64,000 bases of DNA. It comes from Klebsormidium nitens (Eukaryota; Plantae; Klebsormidiophyceae). Made by a program: the position numbers and the translations under genes. Below are positions 13,101-24,283 of the stretch, piece after piece. The notes below the pieces were generated by a model. It saw nothing but the letters and a program-made list of their open reading frames with translations. It was not told the DNA's origin and did not search any database. Position 1 is the first letter of the stretch; each line of letters opens with the position of its first letter. The stretch is taken from assembly GCA_000708835.1 (NCBI GenBank), contig DF237297.1, positions 34,724 to 98,723 of the forward strand, written 5' to 3'.

Positions 13101-16100
13101 TTGATCAGCGTCCGTGACTCAAAGTGAAGAGGTTATCCCTGTCACTTCTGCGGTTGTGATCATCTTCTGCGTCCTGACGAGGGCACCCCTAGCGTTAGGG
13201 GCTTGTCCTCGATATGTTTGTAGGCTTCTCAAACGGCGAAGATTTGGGAGGAGGGACGGACAAAACGCATTTACTGGTGGCAATCTTGCTGACGCGAGTG
13301 CTACTACCATCATTCTAAGAGACGCCCCCATTGGGCCATAAGCATTTCAAAAGGATTTGGTGCTCTTTATTTGTTCACAGAACAACCATCAGGGATGACT
13401 TCATCTCCTTACTTGCCCACACACTGCATTCGATTCTCAGTCAACAATAAAAAGCGCACTCCATTGTAGAATAGGGCTCCTGGCTTTCGCCTGCGGCGGA
13501 GGGTGATCCCGTCAGCAGAGTCATTCACACCCGTGCCCCTTCCCACCCGTGCAGTGCGAGCGCGAATTCCACGTGGGCTGCCTGCGCGAGCACGGCGTGG
13601 CTGACCTCAGCGAGCTGCCGGAGGGCGACTGGTTCTGCGGCGGGGAGTGCGCGCGCATCAGCGCGCAGCTGCAAGCGCTGCTGGAACGGGGCCCGCAGGC
13701 GCTGCCGAATTACGTCATGGCGGGGGGCAAGCCGGTGGATGACGGCCGCGAGAGGACGTGGCAGCTGCTCAGAGGGCGCCAGGGGAGCAAGGACAACGGG
13801 AAGGTGCTCGCGGCCGCGGTGGACATCCTCTCGGTGAGGGCACGCTCCAGCCGTCCGTTTCAGAAAGCTGTCAGAAGAGTACCGAAGGAACAAGTGATCT
13901 GTCGATCCAAAGGGCGCCTTTCAGCTCTTCCATGTCCATGCCCCCAGTGAAGTCCGTCACGAGTCGCCCCAGAAAAGCGGTGGGGATGCAGAGGTTTTGA
14001 CGGGATAGAGACGAGCGTTTGAGCCGTTAAGGGGAGCAGACTTGTGGGGTAAAGTAGCTCCCGTTCTACGTTTGAGCTGTTTCAAGTACGAACGGCGGAG
14101 GTCGGCTTCAGGGGATTCAATCGTCGGATCTTGGTGCCTATCAGCCTTTTGGGAAGTTGGAATTCGTCATAGGCGTGCCGGCGAAGGTTTCTTTTTGGCA
14201 TGCTGTGTGATTCTGCTTGGAATAGCAAGCGTTGCTTCTCGAAGGCGTTGCAGAGAGGGGCGTCTGCTTGCACATCTGCCATTTCGAAGGCGTTGCCGCA
14301 AAGGGCGTCCTCTTCTTGAAACTTCGCTTAAGTACTTTAGGCATCCAAATCCTCGCTCGTCGTCCCCACGCGGAAGTGCCTCAACCCAATCATTGACGGC
14401 GCGATCGGCGAGGACCTGCTATTACATCTCCCATCAGATTCATCGCATGAAGAACGGAGGGGATATCACAGATTGCCCCTGAAGTGATTTTTAAGCTGAA
14501 CTTCTCACCCCTGGTCCTGTACAGAGGTGTTTCGACCCGATCATCGAGCGGTAAGGACTTTATGTTGCGCCTTTGGTCAGTACTTGTCCCTGCGAAAATC
14601 AATGCACCATTTGAGCTATCAGTGACGAGCTGACTTCGTACCCGTTATCTCCGTGCAGCGGTGCTTCGACCCGATCATCGACTGCGCGAGTGGCGAGGAC
14701 CTGCTGCCCATGATGGTGCACAGCCGGCAGACCAAGGACCACGACTTCAGCGGCATGTACTGCCTCGCGCTGCGCGCCGCGGGGAAAGTCGCCTCCTGCG
14801 CCGTCATTCGCGTGTTTGGGAACAAGCTCGCGGAGATGCCCCTCGTTGCTACCAGCCTCGACGCTCGCCGCCAGGTGAGGGGTCGCGGCGGGGGAACGGG
14901 CATGAATGAGAAAGTTTGGCGTAAAGGCTGGAAAACTGTTTGGCTTTAGAAGGGCTGGACAATCGTGTTCTGGAGATCCGTTTGGTTTTGGTTGATTTTG
15001 GTAAGGGTCGATGTAGACTTTGTTATGGAAGAAGGCGGGGAGTAGCATGCAGGACGGACTGCCTGATTAAAATGTGTGTGTAGTAGGTTTACGCTCACGA
15101 TTGTTGCGGACCCCGGGTTGCCCTTTTGGAAACCGACTCCATCTTGAGCTGTAGCGGTTCCCTTTCTGCCAAAGATAGGCTGCTGACGTTGCAGAGCATG
15201 CTAATTGTTGTCCCTCAGGTTTGTCCAGATTGTCAGGACAGCAAGAGTACTTTTGGTACCCGGCAATGACGGTATCTTTGCTTTGCTCTATGAATTTCAG
15301 GGCTCTTGAACATAGTGAGAAAATCCAACGTCGGCTTTCTCCGCCTGTAGGGTCACTGTCGGGCGCTGATGACGGCTACTGAATGGCTGCTGACGACGCT
15401 GGGGGTTGCTCGCCTGTCGCTGCCAGCCGCAGAGGGGGCGGAAGACACGTGGCAGACCGGGTTTGGGTTCAACAAGATGTCCCATACAGACGTAAGTGAC
15501 CTTTCTTGGGTCTGCCACGTGGAGTACTCCCTGCCCCTGCGTTTAGCATTGTTGTTTGTAGGCGCGGGTACATTGGCCCCTCAAGCATCTAAGAACTTGT
15601 CCCGTAGATATTGCTGCATTGCTCAGATGCCTTTTTTGCATGGCTATCTTAACCCGCATCCGCGGAGTTGTCTTTCGGCACAACTCCATGATGGCAACTC
15701 CAGACTCATCGTTCTCTCGTACTCTCGCCATCAAAGCAGATTCGATCATTTGGCGAAGCAGTTTTTATGCCCATCACGAGTGAAACTGACGCAACGTAAC
15801 CACAATGCCTAGGGCCACTTGCTCTGTTCCTTACTGTGTCCGGTTCAGCACTTCGTCTCTTACAACCTTGGAAAGTCGCTTTGAATCACAAAAGCAACAC
15901 AGACAAGCGCCGACAACCGTCTGACCCGTTGCCTCTTGCCGCTTCTTTTCAGCTCCAGAAGTGGCGTGCGGAGCTGCAGGCCCTGCTAGTGTTCCCCGGC
16001 GCCTCCATGCTCGAAAAGGTGATCCCCCCACTTCCCGGGATGGCGCGCCCACAGCCGTCGCCCCCATCTTTGCACCCGCGCCAGCTGTCGGGCCGTGCCG

Positions 16101-19100
16101 CGGGAGAAGGGGGGGAGCGGATCATGGGGCGGCCGATTGAGGAAGCCCTGGCGGCAGCGGCGGAAGCACGCAGCCGCGGGATCAGCAAGGGGAAGAGGAG
16201 CAAGACGAGCAGGAGCGGGCAAGGTGAGGATTGATACTTCTGTAACTAGCAGATTAGTCTGAGTTGACTTTTCCTGACGAGTTCAGATGGAGCATGGAGG
16301 TTGTATGAATGTGCAGGAACGGGGGTGCCGCTTTGCTGGCCCGTGTGTGATGACGAATTGTCGAGATGTAAGTTTAGAATGTTTGCGCGAGATGGCTTGG
16401 AAATCCTCATGGTCGCAGAAGTCTGGCATACCCCTTGCGTATTTCACGGATTACATCTGGCATCCTAGTCCAGTTCGTCAGTTGGTTGGTAATTGACGGT
16501 TCACCGTTCTGTTTGTCGTCTTTCTCTGCCCTCTCCCTGCAAACGCCACAAGAGGAACTTTTCGATTCCGCAATCTTTCGATCCACGGTCTCTATCCCGT
16601 AGGGAGGTCTGGAGGCTTGTACTGACTCGGCATCTTTCCGCAGGTGCCTCATCGGCTCAGGATGAGGAGGCGTCAGGCCCCGCCGCATCCAGCCACTCCA
16701 CTGAGGAGGACGCCCCCATCCTAGTTCAATTTGGGCGCAAGAAAACCCCCCAGCCGGCAGATTCCGACGACTCGGTGCCCATTGCTCAAATGCACCTGCA
16801 ACTGTCGGAGGCCCAGTCGCCCGGCAAGAGGAAACGGGGCCGCCCGCCGGGTAGCGGAAAGCCAAAAGTCAAAAGCAAGCGGGGGCGACCGAGAAAGCTG
16901 CCTGTGGAGGGGGAGAGTCGCCCGGAAGAGGCGACGCGGGAGTCGGACGGGGAGAGCGTGGATCTGGGCGGAGATGGGTTGCCACCGGCGGCAAAGAAAA
17001 GCAGAACGGAGGGAGAAGGAGGGGTGTTGAATCTGGAGGGGGTGGAGGGAGGGGCGAAAGTGTCGCCGATCCAGTTGCAAAGGAAGGCGCTGCAACATAC
17101 GCGGCCCCGGTCGATTCTGGGGAGACAACAAGCGAAGGGGTCGGGCGGGGAAGATGGGACGGAGTCGAAGGGAGAGAGAGAAGGCCCGCCGGTGGACAAG
17201 GCGACGATGTTCCTGGCGAACGTGCAGAAGTTCAAGGACAAGAAGCGGCAGCGGAGGGAGAAGATGCTGGCGGCGCGGCTGGCCAAGATGGGGGGGGATC
17301 CCCCGGAGGGCGCGGCCGAGAAGGTGACGTCAGCAAGCGAGGCGTCGAGCAGGAGCACGGGGCTCAAGGGGCCGCGCAGCAAACGGCGCGCGCGCGTGTT
17401 TGTGCCGGGGGCTGAGTTCTGGCTGCCGGGGAGGGAGGAGGAAAGCGAGGAAAAGCAGAAGCCGAGCAAAAAGATGCGGGTCGTGACGGAGAAAAAGCAC
17501 AAGGCGGAGGTCGAGAGTGGGGCGGCGGAAAAAGAGGCGCTGGTTGTGCCAGAGGGGGGAAGCAGTCCGGCGAAGGGCTCGCGAAGAAAGAAGCAGAAGA
17601 AAGCAGGAGGAGAAGAGCAGCAAGACGGTGGGGGGAGCACCGCGTCAGAAAAGGCGCGCGATAGTGCTGTGGAAACGGCGGAGGCGCTGCGGGAAGTTCG
17701 CGTGCTAAGCAAAAACCTGGAGCCTCACACGGGGGGTGACGAAAAGGACGGGGGAGGTCAGAAGAGCGGACGAGAAGCAGCGCAGCGCGGGACCGCCGAT
17801 GGGGAAACGGCAGGCCGAGACCAGGAAGCGGAGGGAAAAGGGGCCAAGAAGCGGAGACGAATGGAGAACGCCGAGACTCCAGCGGGGGAAAAGAATTTCA
17901 CAGAAGGGGCGAAAGGTGTCCAAGGGGAGAGTAACAAAGAGGCGGAAGGTGTTGACGGGGAGACTTTTGTGGAGCAGGAAGAGGCGGGATCAAAAGAAGG
18001 GGCCGAAGAGGGCACTGCTGGAAAGGAAGTGGAAAAGAGGAGGTCGCGAAAGAGAGCGCGACAGTGGGGAAAGCGGAAACGGGCGCCGAGGAGTGGCGGC
18101 GACGAAGGCACAGAGCCCGTCGCAAAGGATTCGGTGGTCGATATTGATTTTAAGGGGGATAGCAGACCGGGGGACGAAGTATCCCCCCAGCAAGAGGAGC
18201 AGATTGGCCAGACAAGGAAACACGGTCGAAGCGAGCGGACCGGGACGGCTCAGATGGCTGCTGTTAGCGAGGGGACTGCCGCGAAAGGTGATTCGAGCGT
18301 GCAAGGCACGAAGAACGGGTTGACTGGACACGGCAAAGGGGTCGGTAACGGAGGGCAAAGAGTTGCGGAGCTGAGCGGGGGCTTGGAGACAAAACAAGCA
18401 ACGGGCCGAAGTGCTGAAGAAAGGCCGGGGGGGCTGGTTTACCGCAGAAAGAAAGGCAGGGGGGCGCAGGAAAGGTGGCGAGAAGCTGCACCGGAGGCGG
18501 AAGCTGCCCTCGTAAAAGAGACGGTCGAGACGGAGATTGTGTTTCAGGGGGCAAATGCTGCTGCAGGCAGAGAGGGGGGGCGAGAGCAGACAAAACCGCG
18601 GCCGAGCGGATTGCTCGTCAAGGGGGTAAAGGGCTTCCTGATGAGGCAACCCGCAGCGTCACCCCCTGCTGATGTCATCCCTGAGCCGCCAGCAGCCTCG
18701 GTGTCCCCAACCGGCGTGCTTAGCGAGAAGCAGGCGAAGAAGAGGCTCGATAAGGCTGCTGAGAAGAGGGCGAGCGGAGTGATTGTTAAGGGCGTCAAAG
18801 GGTTCCAGAAGAAGAAGGGTCCCGAACCTGGGCCGGTGGTTGGCAGCCAGGAAGTGGTACTGGAGGGGGGGACAGGTGGGGAAGTGTTGGAGGCAGGAGG
18901 CAACCATGACAGGGAGGAAGGAGAAGCGGTGACGGGGAGGGACGCGTTGCCTCAGGAGGAGAGTGCGCCAGAAATGGGCATAGGAGACGGGCCGGGGGTA
19001 GAGGAGGCAGTGAAGGGCGGAGAGGGCGGGACAGAGCCGGCGGAAGTGAAAGTTGTGGAGAGTTTGAGAAGGGTGGGCGGTAAGGGAAAGAAGAAGAAGA

Positions 19101-19477
19101 AAGGCAAACATGTACGCAAACCGCCGGGGGAGGTTGAAGTGGTTGAAGAATTGGTGGTTCGGTTAGATCAGGAGGCTGCTGATGGCGGGCTTGGCAAAGA
19201 AGGGGCTGACGCAAGCGCTTTGTCGCTGGATGGTGCTGTTAGCGAGAGAGGATCAGGGGAACATGCTGATGGGCGCAAGGGCAGGGATGGGGAAAAGGGA
19301 CGCGAAGAACAGGGGGAGAAACAGGGAGTTCCCAATGGGGCCGGCAGAAAGTTCAGAGTGCCGCGCGAGTTGCAAGCGCTGCAGGCTGCCCCGGGGACTG
19401 GTGCACCGGCAGACGGGAGCAAGGGTGCAAAGGCCTTTGCCGGCTTTTTGTCGAGTACTAGACAGAGGGTGCGCTAG
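7113..19477 (+). CDS. IDM1/ROS4-family acyl-CoA N-acyltransferase with two TDBD (Tify-binding) domains, three PHD fingers, a GNAT domain and a long AT-hook-containing tail; ~2356 aa
   Basis: 14 phase-consistent exons: 7113-7280, 7462-7539, 7739-8443, 8801-10060, 10462-10530, 10767-11046, 11414-11640, 11929-12224, 12709-12955, 13555-13833, 14659-14874, 15351-15491, 15953-16223, 16644-19477. Motifs: GVICDCEKC..VSLSEFEKHAG and GIVCGCCSSIVSPSTFEQHAG (TDBD); CSACGEEGNVLRCSSCSREYH, CAECGDGGNLILCDGCPKGYHPEC and CILC..IILCDQCEREFHVGC..WFC (PHD); FDPIID..DFSGMYC..VASCAVIRVFGNKLAEMPLVAT..RRQGHCRALM..LPAA (IDM1-type GNAT). The architecture is closer to the At2g36720/At2g27980 subgroup than to IDM1 itself, so no symbol is given. 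Confidence 0.9.
12938..13105 (+). repeat. Decayed ~60-bp duplication spanning the exon 9 donor of the IDM1-like gene
   Basis: ATCATCCTCTGCGACCA at 12938-12954 (exon end) and 13047-13063 (intron). The downstream intron sequence is also similar: TGTGCTGCTTAGGTTGCTCTT vs TGTTCTGCTCAGGTCGCTGTT. Confidence 0.85.
14500..14685 (+). repeat. Decayed ~50-bp duplication spanning the exon 11 acceptor of the IDM1-like gene
   Basis: TACAG|AGGTGTTTCGACCCGATCATCGAG at 14520-14548 vs TGCAG|CGGTGCTTCGACCCGATCATCGAC at 14654-14682 (21/24 identical exonic nt). The upstream pyrimidine tracts are also similar. Confidence 0.85.
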
Positions 19478-19719
19478 CCTATCCTGCCAGTTGAAGGATT
19501 GCTTGGTAAAGAACAGTGGCAGCATTGATGCTTCCAAAGATACACGAAGTGCCAGCGTTTAAAACCGGATGTCAAGACGAATGACTTCGACCTTGGCAGG
19601 AGTTCTTGTAGTCCGCTTGAAATAAAGCGACAGCCGAGGTCTGCACACGACCTTGAGTGCAAGCTCGAGTGTTCGCTGTGATCACGCTTTTGATGTGAAG
19701 GGATTTCGAAACCAGTCAC

Positions 19720-20420
19720 CCATCAGTATTACTAACTTGTGCGGGCCAATATCATGCATGTACCTAGCTCTGACAATAATTCATGCCGGGATAACGCAGG
19801 CCAAAGAATGTTGACTTATATTCAGCCGCGCCAGCTAAATATACAGCTAGAGAAAGCCAATATGGCAATGAGACGCTGACCGTGGCCGCACCGCGCACCA
19901 TGTTATATCCGTGTGAGGCCGGCATGCGCCGATCAGTGTTCGAGCCATGATGTATCATTATACATACGTATACTGCAACATGAGATGCAGTCACTGCCTG
20001 GGCCATCAGATGGCATCAGTGCGTATACGCTTGAATTAAAAATCTATGCACGCATTCGAGATATATCGAGCTAGCCCCTGCCGGCGGCCATGCATATATA
20101 TGCACGTTCAATAACTCATGGCCAAATTTGTGCAATTCAATATGCGTTAAGCCTGATCTACATAATTCATGCATATTGCAAATATCACACAATCATTCAA
20201 TGAGTCCCGATGCTATATCGGCACGGTCCGATCGTAATTAACTATAGTGACGGCGTACTAAAGCCTGGCCGCGCCACAAACTTTGCCAGACAGACATGCG
20301 ATTAATTGGCAGTATAGCACGAACGTTGAGAAACTACTCAGGCCATGCAGATCTTACCTGCATGATCTGCAATTGCACATGCTGAGTATCAGCTGGTACA
20401 ATTCAGACTGAAACTCCCCG
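19720..20420. other. Palindrome-rich convergent-junction spacer B
   Basis: CATGCATG, GCATGC, GATATATC, GAGCTAGC, GCCGGCGGC, ATGCATATATATGCA, CGATCG, TAATTA between the 3' ends of the IDM1-like and F-box genes. Boundaries approximate. Confidence 0.65.
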
Positions 20421-20708
20421 GAAGTAGTCAATAGTACACTCCGTCTCTTTACAAAAGTGCGCCGTGCAAGGTACATAATTCGAGTGCCCTTTCCTGTCTG
20501 AAAAGCTTGTCTTATTCCACTGCTGAGTCCATTCCCCGTCCATTCTATCAACTGCAACTAACGGTATCATCCAAACACAAGGCTCTTGCATTGATGCTCG
20601 CTAGACATCAACACTGGTGTAACGTTTGCCGTAAGCACGGTCCGCAGAAGTACGACGTGCAGCCTCACCAGCCCTACTTCCTCAAGTATAGTACAGTAAA
20701 TGTCGACC

Positions 20709-22052
20709 CTATGACTCGTCCTCCAGATATTCCACATTCGGGAAGACTGCCTCCAGCGTGCTCTTCTCCCAGCCCCTCAGCGGCCAGAGAGGCCTCACCT
20801 GAAACTGCCGCAGCGCAGGGCAGGCCCTCGCTAGTGCTGCCCCCTTCTCTAGACTGCTGGGCTGCCATAACTCGACCGACAGGTGGCGCACCAGGGGCAG
20901 CTGAGCCCCGCCCCACAGGAAGCGGCCTTCCCCCCCGGCATTCGGCAGCGAGTCCAGCAACCGCGCACTGATCTCCAAGCTTTCAAGCGCCGGCGCAGAC
21001 GCGAGTGCTTGCAGGAACCCCTGTAGTGAGGGTGCTCCAACTACGTCCCCATGCCCTGTGAACAGAAGCTGCAGACAGATGAGGTCTTGCTTGACAAATG
21101 ACAGCTGGTGCTCAAAGTAACGCCAGCGCCACCAGTCGTGGGACTCAATTGTGAGGTGCTTGATGCTGCGGGGGGCTTGCGAGATGGCCCCGTTGAAACC
21201 GCTGAAGATGCACAGGTGTTCGAGGCGCGGCGCCTCTAGGTGTGTGGCACCCATCCCTGTCGAACTGCTGAGAAAGAGGCGGAGGCAGGCCAGGCTGGCG
21301 GCGCGCACGGTGCAACTAGAGATGGTGCAGCGCACGCCCGAGATGTCCACCTCGAACAGGGAGTTGGAGAAGATGACAGGTGCGCGAAGCTGGCTTACGC
21401 CTGATAGAACTAGAGTTTCTAGCCGGGGGAAGGCTTCCTGCAGGCGCACCAGGAACTCATCTCGCAGGTCGCGCCCGCACGCGGTGAGGGTCAGGTGGAG
21501 AAGGCTGGGGGCGGGGGGGATGGGCGGCGGGCGACTCCAAAGCGGTTCAACCATGTCCGTCCAGGGGGTGAGGGCCAGGCTGCGCGCGCTGCTGCCGTAG
21601 CCCACGTCAATGGAACAGCTCTCCAGGCAGGGCAGGCCGTCGTGCAAGAACGGCAGGAAGACAACGAGCGGGACGGGGAACTGCACCAGATGAAGCACGC
21701 GTGCATGGTCCTTGGCCGGCAGGAGCGCTGCCTTGAGGGCCTCAAAGCCTTCCGGTGTGAAGCGCCCGGCGGTGCTGCTGGTCCAAGTCCCATCGACGTC
21801 GAACCGCAATTGCAGGATTGTGGCCCCACATGGCGCATTGCGTAGAGCGGCCCCGAGCTTAGGGACCGCGTTCTGCTGGGTGCAGTCCCAATTGAGAGCG
21901 TAGCGAGCGGTGATGCGGCGCCAGTCCTTGCACACGAGAAGCAGATTGCGAAAGCTGCTCCGGGCGCTGCTGCGCAGGACCTTGCCGAGGATAAGGTCCA
22001 ACAGGTTGTCTTCTAGGGAGGCTATCCAGCAAACGCTTCCGGGGGACTCCAT
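20709..22052 (-). CDS. Intronless F-box/LRR-like (RNI/FBD-type) protein, ~447 aa
   Basis: Single open frame (track ORF 20709-22241). Best ATG is at 22052 (MESPGSVCW). F-box consensus IASLEDNLLDLILGKV..SFRNLLLVCKDWRRI, followed by LxxLxL repeats (LESCSI, LLHLTL, LETLVL, LACLRL, LEHLCI, LESLEI, LRQFQV). Confidence 0.8.
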   Translation of the reverse strand: MESPGSVCWIASLEDNLLDLILGKVLRSSARSSFRNLLLVCKDWRRITARYALNWDCTQQNAVPKLGAALRNAPCGATILQLRFDVDGTWTSSTAGRFTPEGFEALKAALLPAKDHARVLHLVQFPVPLVVFLPFLHDGLPCLESCSIDVGYGSSARSLALTPWTDMVEPLWSRPPPIPPAPSLLHLTLTACGRDLRDEFLVRLQEAFPRLETLVLSGVSQLRAPVIFSNSLFEVDISGVRCTISSCTVRAASLACLRLFLSSSTGMGATHLEAPRLEHLCIFSGFNGAISQAPRSIKHLTIESHDWWRWRYFEHQLSFVKQDLICLQLLFTGHGDVVGAPSLQGFLQALASAPALESLEISARLLDSLPNAGGEGRFLWGGAQLPLVRHLSVELWQPSSLEKGAALARACPALRQFQVRPLWPLRGWEKSTLEAVFPNVEYLEDES

Positions 22053-23990
22053 GTTTTCACAGAGGAGGGCCGCAACATGACGGGCTAGACTCTCCTTTCC
22101 CCCGCAACTGCAAATCCTTTTCTGTTGAACGTCCTCCCTATGCTCGTCCTGCAAAATCCTCTGCCTGGCTTCTCGTCGGCAGTGGATTCTCGTTGACTGT
22201 CTTCTAAAACTCAGAAGAGAGAATGCCCACCAGCTCGTCATCCATCATCATGTGTCCATGGAGCCGGCGCACATGAGCATACCATTGAGCAATGTAGCAT
22301 TGGTGAACAACCGTCGCGTTACCTAGCTTGAAGGTACCCAGAATGGTACGTACCTTCTTGCCACCTCTATGCAGTTCCGCCCTTTGATTGGTCGAACTCA
22401 GTTCCATGTTTACCATGTGCACCATGTGGACAAGTCGAGGCCCAGGGTTGCCTTAATTTGACAGGCTTTGTGCTGGTGCCAGATCACTTGCAGAAGGACT
22501 CGGGCCATGAAGCAATGCACGCGGAACGCCGGATCTCGGAATTGGTTTCTTGTATCCCGCATTGGCTACAGCTATCACGTGGCTAATGATTTTCTGGGCA
22601 AACTTGAAACCGTCGATGAATTGATATTGGACCGTACAGATTGCTTGGACACTTGAAATGGTTCGCCCGTCCGAAAGGCTCCCTAAAACTGTCCCAATGG
22701 TGGACCTTCTTTTTGGCAATGCCAGCAAACGCATCAGGCGTGGCATTGCCTTGTATTACCCCTGTACGTCCTCTCCCGTTTCCGCCTCCAGAATCCATTG
22801 CCGGTCAACATTAAAATTTCAACGACAGTCTGAAGTGAAGTTCTCAAAGTTGTAACTCAGTATCTTTAAACGAATCAGGAGCCTGAAAAGTTGCTACCAA
22901 TTCCAAAAGTTCTACGATGGCCTGTACGGTTGCACCGGGTACCCTACCGGGCTCGATTATAGCCCCAGCTGTGCCCGGCGGAAGAAAGAATCTTTGGGCC
23001 ACCGCGACGGGACCGCGACATCATTTTGTACCGGGCGTCGTCGTACGGCATTCATTTCCGCATCTAGAGTGGGACGAATCTCAAATAAGCGAGGGAGCTG
23101 CGCATTGCCATTTTTCGCGATTGATAAATCGCCCCCAGAACTTGTCAGCCTCTCCACCAGCATGGCTGCCGCATGAGGCAAGACAGCTTCCGGAAGGCAT
23201 TGTCTTTGCTTTCATGGGGCTACATTTCTGCTCAGGGCCCTATGGGAAGCATCCTTGCAGATTTTAATGGCCGGTTTCTGCATTCTTCGTCTCAGCAGAA
23301 GGTTGTAAAGTGTGGTGAAACTTTTCGGGAGGAAGGTGAAAGACATTTGAAGTGACAAGCTGCATTCGCGGAAACATGTTCTCAGCTCGTTCTCAGGCAT
23401 AGAACAAAGGTGCAATGTGGTTTTGAATGCATCCTGAGAGGAATCAAGACTTTCGCAGACTAGAATGCCACAATGTTTGCCCTGTAGACCGGAATTTAGG
23501 CTGTCCGAAAGCTGAACATGAGCTCCCTAAGGAGAGCTCATTGATTTTTGCGTATGTGACAGGAGACAATGCAGCTTATAAATGCTTTCTCGCAGGAAGG
23601 CATTTTCATTTGCCAAACGAGCAGAACGGATCCTGCAAACGAAAGTTGGGAGTTGGAATCCCCATGACGAGCTGCACATTGCAGTGCTCATGCTCTCCCT
23701 CTCTACAGAGAGTACAGAGCTGCCAGCCATGGCGAGCTACTAAGCTACTCTTAGCTGGCTGAGCCGGGTTCAGCTCACAATCCGTCGATCCAAGTGTCGA
23801 TGGTACCGACGGTCCAAAGTTGAAGTTGAAGTTCCACTCGATCGCGTCTGGCCGCTCGATGACAAAGTGAGCTGATCGGACGGCAGCGGGATAAAGGAAC
23901 GGAAGTTCCCAGCCTTTTCAAGATCCGGCGTTCCGCGTGAATGAAGGTCATACCGTAACCTGTGTCACTACCCCGTCACTACTACAGATG

Positions 23991-24283
23991 CCTACAAGGC
24001 CTATCCTGGACTCGGAGGTCGCAGAGTCGCGGTGAAAGTCGCGGACGAAAGTCGCGGAAAGTCGCGGAAAGTCGCGCAACGTCGCGGTGCATTGCAAGCA
24101 TCTAAACACAAAACTTGCTTGAAAACATGTTTAACCTAAAGCTTAGTAAGGTTTTGGTGAAAGTCGCAAAGATCGCGAAACAAAGTCGCGGAGCAGTCGC
24201 GTAAAGTCGCGAAGAATCGCAGAAAGTCGCGCAACGTCGCGGGCAACTCTGGCAACCTCCGGGTCCAGGATAGGCCTCCTACA
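23991..24283. mobile_element. Non-autonomous TIR element, 281 bp (23997-24277), with 6-bp TSD CCTACA and internal GTCGC repeat arrays
   Basis: Left end AGGCCTATCCTGGACTCGGAGGTCGCAGAG; right end reverse-complemented AGGCCTATCCTGGACCCGGAGGTTGCCAGAG. CCTACA at 23991-23996 and 24278-24283. About 13 GTCGC copies, mostly AAAGTCGCG, in two clusters around an AT-rich core. Confidence 0.85.

Noticed and set aside
15951-15958. Tandem acceptors (AG at 15951-15952 and 15957-15958) giving a 2-aa isoform difference
   Set aside because: In-frame, common, and unlikely to matter functionally.
16721-19562. Many long antisense and alternate-frame ORFs (up to 308 aa) over the last IDM1-like exon; similar ones over APE2, SERINC, AHA1 and the rhodanese gene
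   Set aside because: Expected shadows of GC-rich, low-complexity coding sequence; no motifs.
22053-22241. 63-aa N-terminal extension of the F-box ORF
   Set aside because: It begins at a non-ATG start and has no features. The ATG at 22052 puts the F-box at the usual N-terminal position.
22957-23730. Three same-frame minus-strand ORFs separated by stops, vaguely BTB-like (possible pseudogene)
   Set aside because: The resemblance is too weak to support by eye; it needs an HMM search. The region is covered by the hidden-gene finding.
24020-24245. Repeat array as a possible CRISPR or telomere-like tract
   Set aside because: The units are ~10 bp with no unique spacers, do not match TTTAGGG-type repeats, and are enclosed by TIRs and a TSD.
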